64,000 bases of DNA. Source: Clostridia bacterium (GTDB lineage: Bacteria > Bacillota > Clostridia > Oscillospirales > CAG-272). Made by a program: the position numbers and the translations under genes. This document shows, piece after piece, positions 61,346 through 64,000 of this stretch. The notes beneath the pieces were generated by a model. That model saw nothing but the letters and a program-made list of their open reading frames with translations. It did not search any database and was not told where the DNA came from. The stretch is from positions 34,473-98,472 of the forward strand of contig JAGALA010000001.1 in assembly GCA_017625935.1 (NCBI GenBank). The letters run 5' to 3'. Numbering within the stretch: position 1 is the stretch's first letter; each line of letters begins with the position of its first letter.

Positions 61346-62404
61346 ATGCTACATAATTTAACAGTAAAAAAAGATAACGTTCGTTCCTTTTCCCTGTCTG
61401 CCGAAAATCCCACGGGAGAAAAGGGCAAGGGCGGAATGGCAATTGAAGGCAGTGCCGCCTACAACGCACGAGAGTTAGGACAGGGCTGGAAGGTCAATCC
61501 ATACGTTGTAATCAAAGCCGGAGAAAAATATAATATAGCTGACATAAAAGGCCAAGGAGCTATAAAGCATATTTGGATAGTGGATAGCTCACCTGCCGGA
61601 AGACTCAGCGTTTTACGTATCTTTTTTGACGGGCAGAGTGCCCCCTCTGTAGAGGCGCCTCTTTACGATTTTTTCTGCAACGCCGACAACACAGAATACA
61701 GACAAATAAACAGCCTTCCTATTTGCTACAATCCAAGACGGGGAATGAACTCATATTTTGAAATGCCTTATTTCAAATCCTTTCGCATTGAAATTGAGAA
61801 TCTCCACACCGAGGATATAATGGTATATTATCAAATTGACTGCGAAGAAAAGGAAATCGAAGAAAACAGTCTTTATTTTCACGCACAGTACAGACGTGTA
61901 AATCCCCTGCCATATATGGAAGCTTACACAATACTTGATAATATCAAGGGTAGCGGTGTATACGTTGGAACGTATATGCACTGGGGCGTAAAATCCAACG
62001 GCTGGTGGGGAGAGGGCGAAATCAAATTCTATATTGACGGCGATAAGGATTTCCCAACCATATGCGGCACAGGTACGGAGGATTATTTTGGCGGTGCATA
62101 TAATTTTGATGTTGATGGAAAATACGTTGAATTTTCAAGTCCGTATCAAGGTCTGGCCAAGGTAAACAAAACGGATTCAACATATATGGCGCAAAGATAT
62201 TTTGATATGTACCGTTTCCATATAACCGACCCTGTCTATTTCAAAGAGGATTTAAGAGTAACAATTCAAGCTTTGGGCTGGAGGAGCGAGGAGAGATATC
62301 TGCCGCTTCAAGACGACATTTCCTCCGTGGCATATTGGTACTCTGATAATTTGAATGATACCTATCCGAAATTCCCAAGTAAAAACGACTTGGAAATAAT
62401 ATAA
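61346..62404 (+). CDS. DUF2961 / GH172-family glycoside hydrolase
   Basis: 352 aa with the hallmark block GEGEIKFYIDGDKDFPTICGTGTEDYFGGAYNF and a jelly-roll-like composition. Confidence 0.75.
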   Translation: MLHNLTVKKDNVRSFSLSAENPTGEKGKGGMAIEGSAAYNARELGQGWKVNPYVVIKAGEKYNIADIKGQGAIKHIWIVDSSPAGRLSVLRIFFDGQSAPSVEAPLYDFFCNADNTEYRQINSLPICYNPRRGMNSYFEMPYFKSFRIEIENLHTEDIMVYYQIDCEEKEIEENSLYFHAQYRRVNPLPYMEAYTILDNIKGSGVYVGTYMHWGVKSNGWWGEGEIKFYIDGDKDFPTICGTGTEDYFGGAYNFDVDGKYVEFSSPYQGLAKVNKTDSTYMAQRYFDMYRFHITDPVYFKEDLRVTIQALGWRSEERYLPLQDDISSVAYWYSDNLNDTYPKFPSKNDLEII

Positions 62405-62432
62405 CTAACATCTTAACATACGTAGAATATTT

Positions 62433-62475
62433 TGATATGCACCCCAAAAGTGTTTAACTTTTGGGGTGCATATCA
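62433..62475 (+). repeat. 19-bp perfect-stem hairpin (same family as 51243-51293), copy 2
   Basis: The hairpin is tgatatgcaccccaaaagt gttta acttttggggtgcatatca. Relative to copy 1, one base is lost in each arm (cctcc to cccc, ggagg to gggg). Confidence 0.85.
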
Positions 62476-62490
62476 TTGTGTCTGCTTTTC

Positions 62491-62851
62491 CTTTTTGACT
62501 GCAAATGCCGGGTAGCAAATTTGAAAACAATTGATAATCGTTTTCGCCGAAGTTTTATCAACAAAGCAAGGGGTTTTACAAACAATTTTGAATTGTGAGG
62601 GAAAACTACTATGCGGTGCAAAACCTTGTAGGGGATGGCGCCCTCGACGTCCCGTTTGCTCAGAATGGTCTCTTTTTGACTCCGAATGCTAGGTAGCGAA
62701 GTTGAAAATGATTGATAATCGTTTCGCCGAAGTTTTATCAACAAAGCAAGAAGTTTTACAAACAATTTTGAATTGTGAGGGAAAATGACTATGCGGTGCA
62801 AAACCTTGTAGGGGATGGCGCCCTCGACATCCCGTTTGCTTAGGAGGGTCT
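62491..62851 (+). repeat. Tandem duplication (181 + 180 nt) of a structured intergenic element ending in CTTGTAGGGG-hairpin-(CTCAGAATG)
   Basis: Copy 1 spans 62491-62671 and copy 2 spans 62672-62851, about 90 percent identical by eye. Each contains the stems TTGATAA/TTATCAA and ACAATT/AATTGT and the hairpin gggatg..cgtccc. Confidence 0.85.
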
Positions 62852-62872
62852 TTGCTCGGCTGCGAAGCGGAA

Positions 62873-63018
62873 CCAGCAGGTTTACATGTAAACCAACTGG
62901 TGAGAGACGCATTCCGTTGTCTGTGGCGCTGGGCTCTCACACCCGACAAGTCGGGACGGCGCACAAGTGCGCTCGCAGCTCTCTCGTTACACTCGACACT
63001 GTTTCTCGCCACAGACAA
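62873..63018 (+). ncRNA. Candidate structured RNA/DNA element (class unknown)
   Basis: The 16-bp perfect palindrome GGTTTACATGTAAACC lies at 62879-94. A 12-bp long-range helix pairs TTGTCTGTGGCG (62917-28) with CGCCACAGACAA (63007-18). That helix encloses twin hairpins CCCGACAAGTCGGG (62942-55) and GCGCACAAGTGCGC (62959-72). Confidence 0.3.
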
Positions 63019-63056
63019 TGGGAATTAACCATAGGTTAAATTTTAAAATTAACGAT

Positions 63057-63080
63057 AAAAGCGAGTGCCGTAGCACTCGC
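63057..63080 (-). terminator. Terminator after 63103..63459
   Basis: The stem is gcgagtgc / gcactcgc with loop cgta, and there is a U-run on the minus transcript. Confidence 0.7.
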
Positions 63081-63102
63081 CATTGTTTAATTATTTTGCT
63101 TT

Positions 63103-63459
63103 TTATTGATTCATTGATTTTTCTATTTTATCTAAATTTTGTTTTATAAGCTCGGAATAATAATCAACCGTTTCTATTGGAGAAAAAAGCTTTAATTTTT
63201 CTTCACTAACGTCAATTATTTCTTTTATATTTTTGCCCTTTGAATACGGAAATTTACTATCATAAACAGAAATATCAAACGCAAAGGTGCTTGTTACATA
63301 ATATATCTGTATGCTTATTTTATCATTACAAAAAGTATGCTCTTCCTCGCCGTTTAAGAAATAATACTTATATTTATATCCGGCACTTGCAAGAAAATCA
63401 AATTTTTGTTTAACGTATTTTTTAGAATTTCTTTCAAATTTATTTCTAAATAATCTCAT
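63103..63459 (-). CDS. Hypothetical cytoplasmic protein
   Basis: 118 aa with an ATGA overlap with the upstream lipoprotein gene. No family was recognised. Confidence 0.6.
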   Translation of the reverse strand: MRLFRNKFERNSKKYVKQKFDFLASAGYKYKYYFLNGEEEHTFCNDKISIQIYYVTSTFAFDISVYDSKFPYSKGKNIKEIIDVSEEKLKLFSPIETVDYYSELIKQNLDKIEKSMNQ

Positions 63460-63926
63460 TTTTCTTTTATAAATGTCAGCACAGTTCCTTCCTCAAAAAT
63501 AGTTCCGCCATCAACTGTTGTTTCAATAACGCCACCTCGTTTATAATCACATTTCATACTGACAAGAAGGTATTTGTAGGGTATATTTGAATATCTGTCG
63601 TGTGTTCCTTCGTTTTCGATATCTTTTGAATAAAAAGCCATATCGTAGGTAACGTACGAGTTTGCATAGAACTCATATTTAATGCCATCAACCGTCATTT
63701 CGCCCGTTATGCTACTACAGTAATCTGTAATGCCTATACCCTCTACAATTGAGAATCGCTCATCGTGCACAAAAAATTTTATATCGTATTCCTTGCAGTA
63801 ATATGTGCTACCGGGGCTTTCCTCCGGCTGCCTTTTAGAATCCCATTCTGTCATACAAGAACTCAAAATGCCAAGAGTACAAAAACAGAAAATAATAATT
63901 GAAATGAATTTTACACTTTGTTTCAT
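63456..63926 (-). CDS. Hypothetical lipoprotein
   Basis: 156 aa with a signal peptide carrying lipobox ILSSC and the RBS GGAGGTAAAG. Confidence 0.7.
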   Translation of the reverse strand: MKQSVKFISIIIFCFCTLGILSSCMTEWDSKRQPEESPGSTYYCKEYDIKFFVHDERFSIVEGIGITDYCSSITGEMTVDGIKYEFYANSYVTYDMAFYSKDIENEGTHDRYSNIPYKYLLVSMKCDYKRGGVIETTVDGGTIFEEGTVLTFIKEK

Positions 63927-64000
63927 AGTTTCTTTACCTCCGTAAGTTCGTATTTTCCAAATTGATTTCCATATACGAATTTTCTTGTTTTCTAATTTAA

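Noticed and set aside
62454-63018. Minus-strand ORFs 62454..62912 (152 aa) and 62689..63018 (109 aa)
   Set aside because: Both run through the 181-bp tandem repeat and the structured region. The internally duplicated peptide (KRDVEGAIPYKVLHRIV.FPHNSKLFVK) simply reflects the DNA repeat. There is no RBS and the composition is atypical.
1-64000. Scan for tRNA, rRNA, tmRNA, transposase, integrase and IS inverted repeats
   Set aside because: I saw no cloverleaf-compatible segments, rRNA-like stretches, DDE/serine/tyrosine recombinase ORFs or IS-type terminal inverted repeats. The scan was done by eye only, so small RNAs could have been missed.

Overview
This is a 64-kb chromosomal window that looks like a Clostridia-type anaerobic Firmicute. 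That assignment is an inference from gene content: Rex, lipobox and Sec signals, BspA-type LRR proteins and XRE fusions. Most genes are on the minus strand.

**Layout**
- 1-8.3 kb: a tightly overlapping, prophage-like late-gene module (tail-fibre or receptor-binding proteins plus several membrane proteins). It runs off the left edge and has no head, terminase or integrase genes in view.
- 8.6-14.5 kb: housekeeping genes (dxs, a CotH-kinase lipoprotein with Listeria-Bacteroides repeats, a PlsC-type acyltransferase).
- 15.0-22.6 kb: four paralogous Cys-rich lipoproteins, a coupled 55-aa DUF3006-like gene, a PRTase-like gene and another lipoprotein.
- 22.7-30.8 kb: a divergent XRE pair, a SASA-type esterase, a sugar-phosphate isomerase, a PQ-loop-like membrane protein, rex, a HAD-IIA hydrolase, an LRR lipoprotein and two zinc-ribbon membrane proteins.
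- 30.9-58.7 kb: the most unusual part, six minus-strand copies of one cassette.
- 58.7-64 kb: an XRE-ADP-ribosylglycohydrolase fusion, an esterase, GH172, a 700-bp repeat-rich intergenic region and two small hypothetical genes.

**The cassette.** Each copy encodes a secreted protein with a variable LRR and Cys-rich N-terminal part and a conserved ~150-aa C-terminal domain. Five copies are followed by a translationally coupled 46-50 aa micro-ORF that is missing from the ORF track, and three of those five share one terminator. One copy is frameshifted, and one has lost its micro-ORF by deletion. The copies are interspersed with sugar-utilisation genes: Gfo/Idh/MocA, MATE, AraC x2, a GH32-like hydrolase with kinase and MerR, GNAT, a large putative hydrolase, murQ, an XRE-kinase fusion, GH10 and a DMT permease.

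**Non-coding highlights**
- Arrays of sequence-variable hairpins joined by a conserved CATGAATTG-type linker, sitting directly 3-prime of genes.
- A nested-helix element flanked by 19-bp direct repeats.
- A GTCATTCTGAG...CTACAAG repeat family that includes a 181-bp tandem duplication.
- A long hairpin family with a compensated indel.
- Duplicated MerR-type promoters with 19-bp spacers.

I recognised no rRNA, tRNA, CRISPR array, transposase or integrase. Small-feature coordinates were counted by hand and may be off by 1-2 nt.
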